From Sandaracinaceae bacterium (lineage in GTDB: Bacteria > Myxococcota_A > Polyangia > Polyangiales > Sandaracinaceae), in the NCBI GenBank assembly GCA_045106715.1, contig JBGCFC010000009.1, positions 1 to 64,000 of the forward strand: a stretch of DNA of 64,000 nt, in the 5' to 3' direction. The notes beneath the pieces are model-generated. The model worked only from the letters and a program-made list of their open reading frames with translations. It did no database searches and was not told the origin of the DNA. Both the position numbers and the translations under genes were made by a program. Each line of letters starts with the position of its first letter. Positions within the stretch are counted from its first letter, which is position 1. Shown here piece by piece: positions 11,604-22,600 of the stretch.

Positions 11604-13461
11604 TCAGAAGCTGGAGATGCGGATCAAGAATACGTTGTTGCGCTCGTCGCCTGCGTACGTCGTCCCGCTGGGCAGCGTGATGCCGTCGCGCCCGAATGTG
11701 CCGACGACCACGAGCGCACCGAAGGGGTCGGCCTGCACGGCAACCACGTCCTCTCGGTCTTCCCCGGAGAGTCCCTGGGCGAACAGGGTGAAGTTCTCGT
11801 CTGCGTCGACCTGCGCGAAGTACGCGTCGAGGCCGCCGACCGAGGGGCCGAGTGTGCCTCGAGGGGGCAACGGGAGCTGACCCCCGAAGCCGCCCGCCTC
11901 GAAGAGCGTGTCGCGTCCGTCGAAGGTCAGGCCCTGGGGGCTCACGAAGTCGGGACCCGCGTGCACTCGTGTGTAGCGGTGGGTCCCGTCGGCCGAGAAC
12001 ACCGCGACAAACGCGTCGTTCGTCCCTTCGGCGGTCCAGGTGGTCTCGGTCCACGGCGGCGCGAAGGTGCCGTTGAACGTCCCCGCGACGGCGAGCGTGC
12101 CGTCCCCGGCGACCGCCGCGGTGGCTGCGAATACGGGCACGGCCAGCGTCGGCACGAGGGCGGCCGACAGCACGACAACATGGCGGCCGTCGACGTGCCG
12201 GCGAGCTCGAGCGGGGTGCCGGTGTTGCCTTGCACGACGATGTGCTGGCCCTTGGCGTTGAGGCCATCGAGCTCGTAGCGACCGTCGGCGTCTTCGAGGC
12301 GCCGCCGTGCGACCTCTGTCGTTCCATCGAACAGCAAGACGTCGAGCCGGTCAGGGGAGCTGCCCTCGCGCGACGAGACGGCCACGACGAGCCCGGCCTC
12401 GATGGCCGCGAGCCCCGCAACGCTCTGGATAGTGGCTCCCTCGACCGTGGGGGAGAGGGTAGCCACCTCGCTGCCGTCGGTCGTCGAGTGAAGCGTGATG
12501 CCGGACGCGGTGGCGACCGCGAGCTGCGGCTCTCCTGGCACGGCGACGAGCGCCACCCCGCGAGCCGGCAAGCGGTGCACGAAGCGGAAGCGGCCATCGG
12601 CTTCGAGCGCCAAGAGATAGGTGCCGAACGTCTCGGTGGACCCGTCCCCGTCGAGGTCGGCCGGCGTGTCCACGATGAGGCCGAGGTAGACCGCGCCGTC
12701 GGCGTCGATCGTCATCCCGAACGCCGGAGCGTCGTCGGCCGCCGGGAACGTCCGCTCCCACGGCACACTTCGGCAGCGGCTGCTCATGCACATCCCGACG
12801 GGGCAGAAGGCGCCCGCCTCGTCGACGTCACCGTCGCAGTCGTCGTCGCGCGTATTGCAGCTCTCGGTCGCGTCGGGGTTCAGGTCGGCCCGCGTGTCGT
12901 CGCAGTCGCGGCCGCTGTTGATCGAGCCGTCGGGGCGGGGGTTGCTGCATCGCGCGTCGATGAAACCATCGTTGTCGTTGTCGGCTTCGCCGTCGCCCGC
13001 CAGCGTCGTCGGGTCGCAGTCCTCGTCGAGCGTGGCCCCTTCGCCTGCGCAGATCTCCGCCCCCTCGCTGTAACGGCGTGGGTCTGTGTCGTCGCAGTCC
13101 GCTCCGCCGCACGAAATCCGGTTGTGTTCCCACCGGCCGAGTCGCCGCCGACCGCCAGGCGCGCGGGGTCCCGATCCAGGTCGGGGTCTTCGCAGTCGTC
13201 TTCCACACAAGCGTCCATCTCCTCGTCGCAGAAGAGCGTCGCGTCGCACGGTGCGGGGGTGGCCATGCCGCCGTCCGAGTCGGCGGGTGCATCGGTGGAG
13301 CAGACTTCGCTTCCGTTGCAGAAGACGCCATCGTCGCACTCGTCGTCATTGGTGCAGCGCACCCGCGTCGAGGCGTCGATGCCGCCGTCTTCCTGCGCGG
13401 TGTCGTCGCACCCGGCGGCGAGCAAGACGGAGAGGCACGGCGGAATGAAGAGGCGCTTCAT
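11604..13461 (-). pseudogene. MopE-repeat lipoprotein disrupted by two single-nt frameshifts
   Basis: The N-terminus MKRLFIPPCLSVLLAAGCDD...CDDGVFCNGSEVC is paralogous to the 8050..11541 N-terminus. The coding signal moves from frame 13461 to frame 13339 at about 13110-13160, and then to frame 12173 at about 12175-12215. The C-terminal part ends ...FLIRISSF. Confidence 0.5.
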
Positions 13462-13485
13462 TCCTCCATCGTATCAGCTGGTACC

Positions 13486-15153
13486 TCACGTCCCGCGCCG
13501 CCACGCATGCCGTGCGGCCCACGCGTCGAGGTGGGCGAGGTACAGACTGGTTGCGCGCCAAGCGGCGGCGAGCGCTTCGAGTTCGGGCCCGCGGCGCGGC
13601 GCGGCGTGAGCTCCCCGGCGGACCATGTGTCGAACCAGTTCGTCGGCGCCCTTGAACCCCGCTCGTCGCAGCCGGGCCGCGTCTTCTTCGACACGCGCGC
13701 TTCGGGACGCCGCGACCGCGCGCCAGCCGAGCCGCACCACACCGATCAGGACGCGTTCGAGCGGTCGCCACGCGCGGGTGTCGAGGGGGGGCGGCACGGC
13801 CGCGTCAGGCACGTTCGTCTGGGCGCCCCAGGCGGACTCGATGTCCCGGTTTCCCCCTCGCCCGAGCACCCACACGGGCTGGCCTCGAATCCCGAACGCG
13901 AGCGGGATCAGCGTGGGGGTCTCCCCGGCCCGAGCCACCATCCGCACGGTCCTTCCGGTCGCCCGCCCGAGGTTGGCCAGGTCGGCCCGCTCGCGTTCGG
14001 TGGCGTGTGCGCGTGCCCTCAGAGGCAGCGCCGTGCCTTCCACCACCAGATGGCCGTGCCCGTCGCTCGTCCCCTCGATGAAGAGCAGCCCGGCGCCTTC
14101 CGACCGCAAGTGAGGGGGGCGTGTCCGTGACGTGAACACGCGCTCGAGCTGGGCATCGAGCGGGGTTGAGAAGAGCGCGGACACCGGCGCGGTCCACCAG
14201 TCGACGGGCGCCCCGAGCACCGTCTTGACCTTGCTGCCCGTGCCCAGTCGTCCGTCCAGCGACCGGGTGCCGCCTTCGAGCAGAACCTGATGCCGGGATG
14301 CTTGTCCGTGGGTGAGACTCGCGCCCTTCAGCAGCGATGTCTTCTCGGAGAGCCCCGCGCTGTTCTCCGGGACGACGTGGCTGAACGAGGACAGCTCTCC
14401 TGCCCGGTCGACGACAAACGTCGTCACGCCGCTGTAGCCGACGGTGGTGGAGAAGGGCACGGTGACGATCCCGAACAGCGCCACGGGGTCGAGCGGATGG
14501 TACGGGCGTCGGCCCCAGCCCCGCTCCTCGAGGCTGGCCCGCTCGGCGTTGGACAACGTGTCGGCGAGCCCCAGCGCGTCGCGGAGATCGCGCATGACCG
14601 GCAGGAGGTCGTTCTCCGCTCCACGTCCCCGGATGTGCCCCACCATGCGGAGCAGAGACGCCGACAAGCGGTGAAGGCCAGCGTCGCGGCATTGGTGCAC
14701 CGCACCGAGCACGGCTCCCTCCACCACGATCCCCGCCCCTTCGAGCCCGGTGCCCAAAAGGGCCTGAAGTGCCGTCAAGCTCGCCCTGGCGGCCGCGCGC
14801 TCCTTCTCGCTGACCTCGGTCTGCTCCAGCGGCGTGCTCGACGGAGTCTCCGGCTCGTCGCTCTCCACGGGCCCGTCGGTCGCCAGCGGCAGCGCCCGCG
14901 CCACGGCGAGGCGATGCAGGCAGCGCGGTGCGAGCAGGCAGCCGCAACGGAGGTCGTCGTCGGTGTGCACGCCTTCCGCGCGCACCGTCACGGTCACCTC
15001 CTCGGAAGCTTGCACCTCGACCCACTCGCCGTTCGCGCGCCACGCCCAGCCGTCCGCCAGCGTAGGGTTCTTGTCGAGCTTGCGTTGGAGGCGCGAAGGA
15101 ACGCCCGCGACCGTGTCGGCCACCAGCCCAGCGCGAATGTGCGGCCGCGTCAT
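13486..15153 (-). CDS. SWIM zinc-finger protein (YehQ-like)
   Basis: ATG at 15151-15153 (MTRPHIRAGL), preceded by gagaagg. The SWIM motif CGCLLAPRCLH fits CxCx(n)CxH. The start overlaps the upstream stop (ATGA). Confidence 0.8.
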   Translation of the reverse strand: MTRPHIRAGLVADTVAGVPSRLQRKLDKNPTLADGWAWRANGEWVEVQASEEVTVTVRAEGVHTDDDLRCGCLLAPRCLHRLAVARALPLATDGPVESDEPETPSSTPLEQTEVSEKERAAARASLTALQALLGTGLEGAGIVVEGAVLGAVHQCRDAGLHRLSASLLRMVGHIRGRGAENDLLPVMRDLRDALGLADTLSNAERASLEERGWGRRPYHPLDPVALFGIVTVPFSTTVGYSGVTTFVVDRAGELSSFSHVVPENSAGLSEKTSLLKGASLTHGQASRHQVLLEGGTRSLDGRLGTGSKVKTVLGAPVDWWTAPVSALFSTPLDAQLERVFTSRTRPPHLRSEGAGLLFIEGTSDGHGHLVVEGTALPLRARAHATERERADLANLGRATGRTVRMVARAGETPTLIPLAFGIRGQPVWVLGRGGNRDIESAWGAQTNVPDAAVPPPLDTRAWRPLERVLIGVVRLGWRAVAASRSARVEEDAARLRRAGFKGADELVRHMVRRGAHAAPRRGPELEALAAAWRATSLYLAHLDAWAARHAWRRGT

Positions 15154-18100
15154 GGCTGCACCTTCTCTTTGATCCACCGGGCGACCTGGTCGGGGCTCAG
15201 CGCGGCGATCGGCATGCCCGCGGCGACGAGCCGCTCCGCCGTCGCGACGTCGTAGCGGGCTCCGCCCTCGCCATCGAGGCTGGCCAGTCCGAGGAGTTGC
15301 GCGCCCGACGCCCTGAGCGCGCGAACGGCGCCAAAGAGCACCGAGGGTGGACCGCCGTCCGCGAAGTCCGACACGCACAAGACGAGCGAGCGCGGAGGGC
15401 GGCGGAGCGTCGCGGCCACGTGGGCGAGCGCGTCTCCGATGAGGGTCCCGCCGCCGATCTGCACGGACAGCAGGAGCTCCAGCGGGTCTTGCACGACGTC
15501 GGTCATCTCGATGACTTCGGTGCTGAACGCGAAGAGCCGAAGGTCGAGCCACGGCACACCCGCGAGCACCGCCGCCATCACGGCCGTGTGCACGGTGCTG
15601 GGCTCCATCGAGCCGCTGACGTCCAGCAGGACGGTCACCTCCCACGGCGGCGTGCGATGCGCGAGCGCCTCGAAGGCGATGCGATCGGGGGCCAGCCGCA
15701 CCGTGCCTTCGGCGTCTCGGTAGGCCGTGCGAAGGTTTCGTTCGACCGTGCGCTTGAGGTGCAGCCGCCCGTTGTCCCGTCGGCTCCATCCCGCGGTGCG
15801 GGTGCCGCGGAGAGCGGGCTGAATCTCGCTGGCGAGCGCCCTGGTCAGTTGCTCCACCACGCGCTTGATGAGCGGCCGCAGCCGAGCCAGAGCTCCGTCG
15901 CCGAGGCTGCCTCGCATCTCCAGGATCTGCGCCAGCAGGTCGGCCGACGGGCGCACCGCTTCCGGGTCGAGGTGGGCGAGCAGGTCCGGTCGCTCTCGGG
16001 CGCGATCGACGATGACCTCCTGACGCACCTCGCGGCCGACCAGCCGGTCGAGCTCCTCCGTCCAGCGGCGGGCGTGCACGGCGACGCCTTCTCTTCCCGC
16101 GGTGAGCGGAGGGTTCTCCATCGCGAGCGCCACGGTCTGGCCAAACGTCGACGAGGGTGCGCCGCGCCCGAGCACGAGCTGCACACGGTCCTCCACGGAG
16201 AGCCGCGCTCCGTCCGGCGTGCGCCAGCCACGGGTCCCGGCTTCACGGGTGGCGGTGTCCGGGGCGGGGTCATCTGCATGGGCGTCATTTGCATCGGGGT
16301 CGTCTGCGAAGGGGTCGAAGCGAGGCCCCATCGCGGCGCGCGCAGCGTGGTAGGCGGCGCGATCGAGCTCGACGTGATGCGCGCGTACGAGTGGGTCGAT
16401 CTGGTCGACGCGCGCCATCACGAGGCCCGCTTCTTCGATGTGCTCGAGCAGCCGGTCCCGGTCCGTGCCCCCCAGCGCACGGAACCCGGCGCGCAGGGCG
16501 GGGAGCCGAGCGAGGAAGCGGTCGTCGGAGATCGCGGCGATGCGCCCGACGAGGGCGTCGAAGAGTGCTGGTGACGCGTGCACGAGCCCTGGGGAGCCCA
16601 CGAACAGGCCGGTGAGCGCGAGCGACAGGGCGCGCCGGGTGTCCGGCTCAGCGGCGCCGTCGACGTGCGACGCGAGCCACCGGGCGGCCGGCTCCGGCGG
16701 AGTCAGCTCGGTGAGGAGCTGGGCGGCGAACGCGGCGCCCCGCATCACGGGGCCCGCACGCTCGACGAACTTCGCCAGCAGCGCGGCCAGCCGCGCGCTT
16801 CCGGGATGCGCCAGCACGAGCCGGACGAGGGCGACCGCGTCTTCTGGCTCCTCGCTGCCGATGAGGCCTTCGAGGCGGGTCTCGGCGATTCGGGCGACGC
16901 GCAGCCGTTCCTCCTCCATCGAGTGCACCGCGGCCGCCTGTGTCGCTGGGTCGAAGCCGGGGATCAAACCGGCGGCCAGGCGCGCGAGAAAGGCGCTGTA
17001 GTCGAGCAGCCCGAGCAGCGTGGCGTCGTCGAGGGCGTCGCGGCGAAGCGCGTCGAACCACACGGCCGCAGCGGGGAGGTCGGCCTCGAACGCGGCTTTC
17101 AACGTGGACAGCGCGTCAAGGAAGGACAGTTCTCCGTCTTCTGCCGCGCGGGCGCGCCGTAAGCTCAGCGTCCCGCTGGCCGCCTGCTTCACCGTGACTC
17201 CGGTCGTCCCCGCGACGGCGAGCGTGGCGTCGGTGTTTGGCGTCCACGCGACGCGCCATCGAACCGCGAGCGCTTCGATGCCGCCCTGCGCGACCGACTC
17301 CACGCGGCTGCCGTACGCGATGCCTGAGAGCGCCGCCCGCGTGAGCAGCAAATGCCGCGCGCGATCGCGGCGGTTGCGCCGCACTTCCAGTCGCCGCTCC
17401 TCCGGATCGCCCGGCACGTCCGGCAACCCCAGGCTGGCTAGGTCGGCCCGGAACGCCGCCGTGAGACCGGTGACGGGCGCTCCCTTGGGGAGCTTTCCGC
17501 GCGCATGGCCGATGAGCACGTCCCGGACCGCCAGGTCGAACCCGCGTCCGTCGCCCCCGAGCACGGCGCGGAGCCCCTCACGGAACTCCAGGCGTCCGGG
17601 TTCGGCGAGCCCTCGGAGCGCAGCGAGCCCCCGACTCAAGCGAACGACCTCCACCGCGGCGTCGGTCGATGCCGCGTGGCCGGATCGGCGGAGCGCGCGC
17701 GCCGTCGACACCGCCATGCGGTCGAGGTGTGCATCCACGGTTCCGGTTCCCTCGGCGTACCGCGAGGCGTGCCAGCCGGGGTCGTCGATCCCCGCCGGAT
17801 ACCCGGACCGCGCGTCGAGCAGCCGGTTGGCGTAGGGCACGAGACTGAGCGCGCCCTCGCGCACCGGAGGGACGTCGTCCGCGAGCGTTGCGTCTACCTG
17901 CGGGGCATCCACGAGGGCCGGTGCGTGTGCCGCCCCGACGACCGCCACGCTCCCTTCGCGGCGGCCTTCGAGCTGAGCCCGCATGTGCGCTTCGCGAACG
18001 CGGGTCGCGCGGCTCCCAGGCTGGCCTCCACGGACCGCGTGACCGACGCGCAGCCCCGCGCGGCGAAGGTCTTCCGGGATGCCCTCGGCGCGGGCCTCGA

Positions 18101-18494
18101 CCAGGTCATCCCATCTGTCCAGCAGGGCCACCCCCGCGTCGGACGTCGACGGCTCCGCCTCGTCGCGAGCGACCAGCACGTCGAAGAACACCACGGGGAT
18201 GCCACGCGCTTGGGCCCAGGCGATGGCGACCCGCTCGGGCGAGAACGCCGCGAGCGGCAGCATCGTGACGGAGCTCTCGGTGGCGTGCGCGAGGGCGATC
18301 GGAGGCACGGTGTCGGGGTGCCCGACCCACTCGGCCAAGGGCTGGAAGCAGCGGGGCAGCTCCACGAACAACGTCGACGGCGCCGCCGCCTCGAGCAGGT
18401 CGGGCATGGCGAGCGCCAGCGCGACGGAGTGGTGCCGGACGCCGATCAGAAACGGCGCGCGGGACAGGCAGAGCGCTTCGACCTCTTCGCTCAC
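15150..18494 (-). CDS. Large DUF5682-like protein with C-terminal VWA domain (YehM/YehP-like fusion)
   Basis: The GTG start overlaps the MoxR stop (GTGA). The C-terminus has a von Willebrand A domain with MIDAS motif TVLLDVSGSM...T...D...VLCVSDFADGG. The N-terminal ~750 aa form a helical region of unknown function. The DUF5682 label is from memory of the family, not a search. Confidence 0.75.
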   Translation of the reverse strand: MSEEVEALCLSRAPFLIGVRHHSVALALAMPDLLEAAAPSTLFVELPRCFQPLAEWVGHPDTVPPIALAHATESSVTMLPLAAFSPERVAIAWAQARGIPVVFFDVLVARDEAEPSTSDAGVALLDRWDDLVEARAEGIPEDLRRAGLRVGHAVRGGQPGSRATRVREAHMRAQLEGRREGSVAVVGAAHAPALVDAPQVDATLADDVPPVREGALSLVPYANRLLDARSGYPAGIDDPGWHASRYAEGTGTVDAHLDRMAVSTARALRRSGHAASTDAAVEVVRLSRGLAALRGLAEPGRLEFREGLRAVLGGDGRGFDLAVRDVLIGHARGKLPKGAPVTGLTAAFRADLASLGLPDVPGDPEERRLEVRRNRRDRARHLLLTRAALSGIAYGSRVESVAQGGIEALAVRWRVAWTPNTDATLAVAGTTGVTVKQAASGTLSLRRARAAEDGELSFLDALSTLKAAFEADLPAAAVWFDALRRDALDDATLLGLLDYSAFLARLAAGLIPGFDPATQAAAVHSMEEERLRVARIAETRLEGLIGSEEPEDAVALVRLVLAHPGSARLAALLAKFVERAGPVMRGAAFAAQLLTELTPPEPAARWLASHVDGAAEPDTRRALSLALTGLFVGSPGLVHASPALFDALVGRIAAISDDRFLARLPALRAGFRALGGTDRDRLLEHIEEAGLVMARVDQIDPLVRAHHVELDRAAYHAARAAMGPRFDPFADDPDANDAHADDPAPDTATREAGTRGWRTPDGARLSVEDRVQLVLGRGAPSSTFGQTVALAMENPPLTAGREGVAVHARRWTEELDRLVGREVRQEVIVDRARERPDLLAHLDPEAVRPSADLLAQILEMRGSLGDGALARLRPLIKRVVEQLTRALASEIQPALRGTRTAGWSRRDNGRLHLKRTVERNLRTAYRDAEGTVRLAPDRIAFEALAHRTPPWEVTVLLDVSGSMEPSTVHTAVMAAVLAGVPWLDLRLFAFSTEVIEMTDVVQDPLELLLSVQIGGGTLIGDALAHVAATLRRPPRSLVLCVSDFADGGPPSVLFGAVRALRASGAQLLGLASLDGEGGARYDVATAERLVAAGMPIAALSPDQVARWIKEKVQP

Positions 18495-19636
18495 GAGAGC
18501 AGGCGGCCGCGGTGGTCGTGCAAGGCGCGCCAGAGGGACTCGGGTTGGTCCTCGGCGCGCCGCGAGACGACGCCGTCCCAGTACGCGAGCAACCGGCCGC
18601 GGTCGTCTTCCACGTCTTTGACGACCACGCCGAGCAGCATTCCCACGACCGTCTCCGCGGCCGACGCCTCGAAGAAGCGCGTCGTTCGAAGCACACCCTC
18701 AGCGACCTGCACGGCCTCGGCCGCGCTCATCACCGCGGACGGTTTTTCAACCGCCCAGCCCTCCTCCGTGGTGCCGTACCGGAGGTCGCGAAACAGGGTG
18801 ACCAGTGCCTTCAGCACCGCTTCGTCTGCGGACGCCAGCTTGCCGTCGGAGCCGATGAGGCCGGGCGTGGCCAGCGTGCGTCGGCGCACCAGATCGAGTT
18901 CGTCCTCGAACTCCGCGATGGGCGCGACGATCTCGAAGTTGAATCGCCGCTTGAGCGCCGCGCTCATCTCGGAGACCCCCCGGTCGCGCGTGTTGGCGGT
19001 GGCGATGACGTTGAAGCCGGGGCGCGCGTACACCGTCTCTCCCAGCTCGGCGATGGTCAGCCTGCGTTCGCTGAGCAACGAGACGAGGCCGTCCTGCACC
19101 TCCGACAGGCAGCGGGTGACCTCCTCGATCCGCGCGACCGAACCGTCCTGCATGCAGCGGAGGATCGGCGAAGGAACGAGGGCGTCACGGCTGGGGCCCT
19201 GGCCGATCAGCATCGCGTAGTTCCAGCCGTAGCGAAGCTGCGCCTCGTCGGTGCCCGCGCTGCCCTGCACGGTGCGCTCGCTGCCTCCGCTGATCGCCGC
19301 CGCGAGCAGCTCGGACAGCATCGACTTCGCGGTGCCGGGCTCGCCGACGAGAAGCAGCGATCGGGGACCCGCGAGGGTCACGACGCAGCGCTCCACGAGC
19401 CGCCGGTCGCCGATGAACTTGGCTTCGATCGCACGAGGCGCGGGCGCCCCCTTCTTCTTCTTGCCGACCTTCGCTCCATCCGAGCCACAGATGAAGGTGA
19501 CCACGGCTTCGGGGGTCGTCTTCCACCCTTCCGGGCGCCCTCCGGGCAGTGAGCACAGCAGCGCCAGCTCGTCGGCGTACCGCACCTCGGCAGGCGGGAA
19601 CTGGATGGTTTCGTCGCTCTGGGTGTCGTCGCTCAT
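18491..19636 (-). CDS. MoxR-like AAA+ ATPase (YehL-like)
   Basis: ATG at 19634-19636 (MSDDTQ...). Walker A is LVGEPGTAKS and the sensor region is NVIATANTRD. The length and order match MoxR/AAA_5 proteins. The start overlaps the upstream stop (ATGA). Confidence 0.85.
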   Translation of the reverse strand: MSDDTQSDETIQFPPAEVRYADELALLCSLPGGRPEGWKTTPEAVVTFICGSDGAKVGKKKKGAPAPRAIEAKFIGDRRLVERCVVTLAGPRSLLLVGEPGTAKSMLSELLAAAISGGSERTVQGSAGTDEAQLRYGWNYAMLIGQGPSRDALVPSPILRCMQDGSVARIEEVTRCLSEVQDGLVSLLSERRLTIAELGETVYARPGFNVIATANTRDRGVSEMSAALKRRFNFEIVAPIAEFEDELDLVRRRTLATPGLIGSDGKLASADEAVLKALVTLFRDLRYGTTEEGWAVEKPSAVMSAAEAVQVAEGVLRTTRFFEASAAETVVGMLLGVVVKDVEDDRGRLLAYWDGVVSRRAEDQPESLWRALHDHRGRLLS

Positions 19637-22600
19637 CGTCCGGGCTCCTCGAACTTCGGGCCTTCGCCCGCCTCGATGCGTGCCCAGGCGGCTTCGAAGA
19701 GCGCGTCGGGCGAATACGGGGGCACCGCACCTTCGAACACGCTGTCGAGCGGCGCGTGGCGGTCGGTGTCGTCTCCCCAACCGAACAAGTCGCGTGTCCA
19801 CTTCACGGCGCTGACGCGATGCTTGTCCTTCACCCACAGCCCCGGGATGAACCGGGTGCGTCCGGCGCCTGCACGCTTGCCTTCGATGATGAGCTCTTTG
19901 GCCACGAGCTCGGCGCCGAGCGCGTCGAGGTCCTTGGCTTTCCAGCCGCCGATGGCGATGACGCGCTTGTCCGTCGGCGAAGGCAGGCAGGCCAGCATCA
20001 GATAGTAGGCGGCGGCGTCCGGGCTGACCGAGAGGAGCTTCGCTACATTCTTCACCACCTTGGGCGCGCTCACCCGCGGGTCGCCCGCGCAGCCGTCCGT
20101 GCCCGCGACCTGCTCCGCCAGGGCGATGAGCCGATCGCCCTGTTCGCCCGTGATGAACTCGAGGTTCCGGAGCACACGCTTCGCCGCGACCTGCTCTGCG
20201 ACCAGCGGCTCGCCTTCAAGCAGGGCATCGTAGCGAACGTAGAGGGTCATGCGCCGACGACCGATGAAGACGCGCCGGTCGTCGCCGAGCAGACGCTCGG
20301 GCTTGTCGCCGCGGAAGGTCGACGGCCCACCAGCGGGAAGCGCGGCGGCGACCGTCTCGGCGAGCTCCTCGCGCAGGTGATCGAACTTCTGGTAGAGCGC
20401 TGGGCCCTTCAACCGATCGCGGAGGAGCTTCCAGAACCGAGGCAGCGAGCGAACGAGGAGCGCGTGCCCTTGAGCTTCGTAGAGCGCCTGAACCGGCGGC
20501 ACGCACACGCGCGCCAGGGTGACGGGCACGTAGTCCCATTTGAGGCTGGAGAAGAAACCACGGCTGCCCGTGACGACGCTCGAGCCGGACATCCCCGCGA
20601 CCCTGAGCCCGTCCTTGTCGAAATGGAACTCACGGTCGAGGTGGAGGAACGGCAGGAGCTCGCCCAAGCTGTCCCCGACCACGTCTTCGGCGAGCAGCCG
20701 CGCCGACCAGGAGGGCTCGTCGATGCTCTGCTGCGGACTGTCCGGCGCGCAGCTGGCCAACACCGCCTCGTCACCCGGCGTCAGCGCGGGCACCTTGGGG
20801 TGGTGGCGGAGGTACACCGCGGCGAGCCGCTCGGCCAGGACCTTCGGGTCCCAGAGTTCCTTGTAGTCGCCCGCCATCCACACGGCCGACACCAGCTCCA
20901 TCATGTGCAGCATGTGGCCCGGAGAGAACACAAACGGGTCGTGCTCGAAGCTGGTCTTGGCGGCCTTTCGGCCCTTCTTGACCAGCTTGAACGGGTCGGC
21001 TTCGATCTCGGCGCTCGCCCACATCGTGGCCTCGGCATCCGTGAGCCCCGTGGCTTCCCGCAGGAACGGGAGCGCCTTCTTGATCGGCAGCGGGCCGGCC
21101 TCTCGAACGTGCGCCGCGACCTCGTCGATGCGCTCCGGCGTAAGCCAGCATGGCCCGTAGAGGTTGTCCGTCGGGTCGTCGACGATGACGAACTCCCCCT
21201 TGGGCGCGTACTCGACGAAGGTGAAGTACGCCGCCTCTTTGAACCCGAGCTGCCACGCCAGCACGCGGTTGTCGCCGAGCCTGGAGAAGGTCGGGTTGTA
21301 CGGGCCCTTGCAGGCTTCCTTCGTGTTCTCGCGCCGGAACGCCATCCGGTAGTGCGCAGGGTCCTCAAAGCCGTGCTCGACGAGCTTGTGGGCGAACGCC
21401 GCGAGCTGGGTGCGCGCCTCCTCCGCTTTCTTGGGCGCCAGCGCCATGCGGTAGAGCACGTACGTTCCGTGCCCGAGCGCGGGCTGCCAGCAGTGATGGC
21501 CCCACGCGTACTCCTCGGTGTGTTCGTCGGACAGGGGGCGGTCGAACCGGAGCCGAAGCTCGGCCAGCTCGGACACGAGCGTCGGCCCCGGAATACGGCG
21601 CCGGTAGTCGGCGCCCATCGGGGTTGCCCAGTCACCGAGGGCGTCGGTCAGCGCCGGGTCGCACAGCGTGCGCTTCGGCAAGCTGGGGACGGCAGCCTCC
21701 TCTGCGTTGTCCTCCGGTGCGGCCTCGCCCCCGCTGTAGGCCTGCGCCACCTTCGCGTGGAGGCGCGACACCTGACCCGCGAGATGCGCCGCCCCGATGA
21801 GCGCGGTGCGCAGAGGGTCATACGTGGTGGGCAGCGCCGCATCGACCGCCGAAGCCACCGACGGATGGGGCTCGAACGCGCGGTAGCTCGACGTGCTGAC
21901 CTTGTGTGCCTCATCGCCTCGGGCCGCGGAGAGGATGCCCTCGAGCGCGGCGGCCTCGATCGTGGCCAGCCGTTTTGACGCATCCGGATCGGAGGGCACG
22001 CAATACGGGAGCGCGATCGCCGGCGGGAAGGGGCGCTTCGATACGCTCAGGAAGTCGCTTCGTCCGGTGCGCGAGCGCCCGTTGAGTTCGTGCAACTCCC
22101 TGCGGCGATAGCCGTAGGTGATGGCGCACCAATCGCTTCGTGCGGGCAGGCGGAGGGTGCCCTCCAACCGTTGTGTCGCGGCCCCGAGCTCGCCAGACGC
22201 GTCCCAGTGGATGAGGCCGGATTCTTGATACCCGAACGCATACACGTCGTTCTCGACGCGGACAGGAGCGCCTTCGCGTGGCTCGAGTTCGAGTCGCCAG
22301 TGCCAGATGACCTCGCTCGGCGCCTCGGTTGGGGCACTCTCGCCGCTCTTCGGATCGTAGCGGAGCCAGCCGCTGTCCGAGAGCAGATGAGGGGCACCGT
22401 CATGCACGATGGGACGCCCCTCCAGATGCGACAAGCGCACCGTGGTGGACCCGGCCTTGATCAGCGCGCCCGCGAGCACGTCGCCGCTGTCGAGCCGAAC
22501 CGCGGCACGCGCGCTCGTTCCGTAGATCGCTTTCGGGGTAAGCGGATGAACAGCTCCGGGTGCGCTCGCCCAGTAGTAGCCGGAGACGTCCCAGCGGCCG

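Noticed and set aside
15297-19220. Plus-strand ORFs 15297..16574, 16578..17162 and 17505..19220
   Set aside because: They are antisense to the translationally coupled VWA and MoxR genes. The products are Arg-rich with no motifs.
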